Positions 31,852-32,000 of a DNA stretch of 32,000 nt are shown here, one piece after another. Position 1 is the first letter of the stretch; each line of letters starts with the position of its first letter. Origin of the DNA: an uncultured Erysipelotrichaceae bacterium. Lineage in GTDB: Bacteria; Bacillota_I; Bacilli_A; Erysipelotrichales; Erysipelotrichaceae. A program made the translations under genes and the position numbers. Below the pieces are notes generated by a model. That model was not told where the DNA came from, made no database searches, and saw nothing but the letters and a program-made list of their open reading frames with translations. The stretch is from NCBI GenBank assembly GCA_942493105.1, contig OW818668.1:870001-902000 (forward strand), written 5' to 3'.

Positions 31852-32000
31852 ATGTTGATAATTGAGGGTGTAGTAGGAGTCGGTAAAACTACTTTGATGA
31901 ATCATCTTGTCAAAGAAGGGTACATTGCTTTTCCTGAACCTGTTTTAAATAACCCAATATTGGATAAGTTTTATCAAGATCGTAAGCGATATGCATTTCC
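31852..32000 (+). CDS. Deoxynucleoside kinase (dAK/dGK family), N-terminal fragment running off the window
   Basis: The sequence is MLIIEGVVGVGKTTLMNHLVKEGYIAFPEPVLNNPILDKFYQDRKRYAF. It contains the P-loop G.GKTT and the EPV...NP.L..FY block typical of dNKs. RBS AAAGGAG is present. This ORF is not in the ORF track because it is truncated. Confidence 0.7.
   Translation, partial: MLIIEGVVGVGKTTLMNHLVKEGYIAFPEPVLNNPILDKFYQDRKRYAF

Noticed and set aside
1-32000. Search for CRISPR arrays, tRNA/rRNA genes, IS elements, integrases, phage genes, toxin-antitoxin pairs or known defence-system hallmarks.
   Set aside because: There are no regularly spaced direct repeats, no cloverleaf-like or rRNA-like conserved stretches, and no transposase, recombinase, nuclease or ATPase defence-type ORFs. 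Intergenic regions are short and are explained by promoters and terminators.

Overview
The window looks like a low-GC, Bacillota-like chromosomal segment (organism not identified). It is densely packed with protein-coding genes. I found no rRNA, tRNA, CRISPR, transposase or integrase signatures.

The first ~19 kb is one carbohydrate-utilisation island:
- two convergent radical-SAM/SPASM anaerobic sulfatase-maturating enzymes (anSME);
- a divergent GntR/HutC-type repressor;
- a tightly coupled operon at 2728-11173: long PMI-like cupin, NagB-like deaminase, TM/TPR-like protein, tandem-fused NanE-NanE, NagA-like deacetylase, cupin-type PGI, ManA-type PMI, Cof-type HAD phosphatase;
- a second operon at 11262-18706: mannose-family PTS IIB-IIC-IID, a neutral-ceramidase-like hydrolase, PTS IIA, and two paralogous leaderless Cys-type (C-x-P-x-R) sulfatases.

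A 16-bp near-palindrome (AGTTGTATATATAACT and variants) occurs four times. It sits at both operon promoters and in front of a small membrane-protein gene beyond the sulfatases. This suggests a single regulon.

My main hypothesis is a PTS-coupled, cytoplasmic desulfation pathway for sulfated (N-acetyl)hexosamines. This is inference, not proven.

The remainder of the window encodes:
- a PAT-type GNAT acetyltransferase;
- an HMA-protein / P1B-ATPase / Crp-Fnr (Flp-like) operon with an FNR-type box;
- a YdjC-like deacetylase plus an MFS transporter;
- a PNPOx/Nim-like protein;
- pflB-pflA with a TGTGA-N6-TCACA box;
- an unknown polytopic membrane protein coupled to a YpgQ-like HD hydrolase;
- a DUF1028 protein with a peptidoglycan-binding domain;
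- the start of a deoxynucleoside kinase.

All functional calls rest on motif and family recognition by eye. No database search was run.
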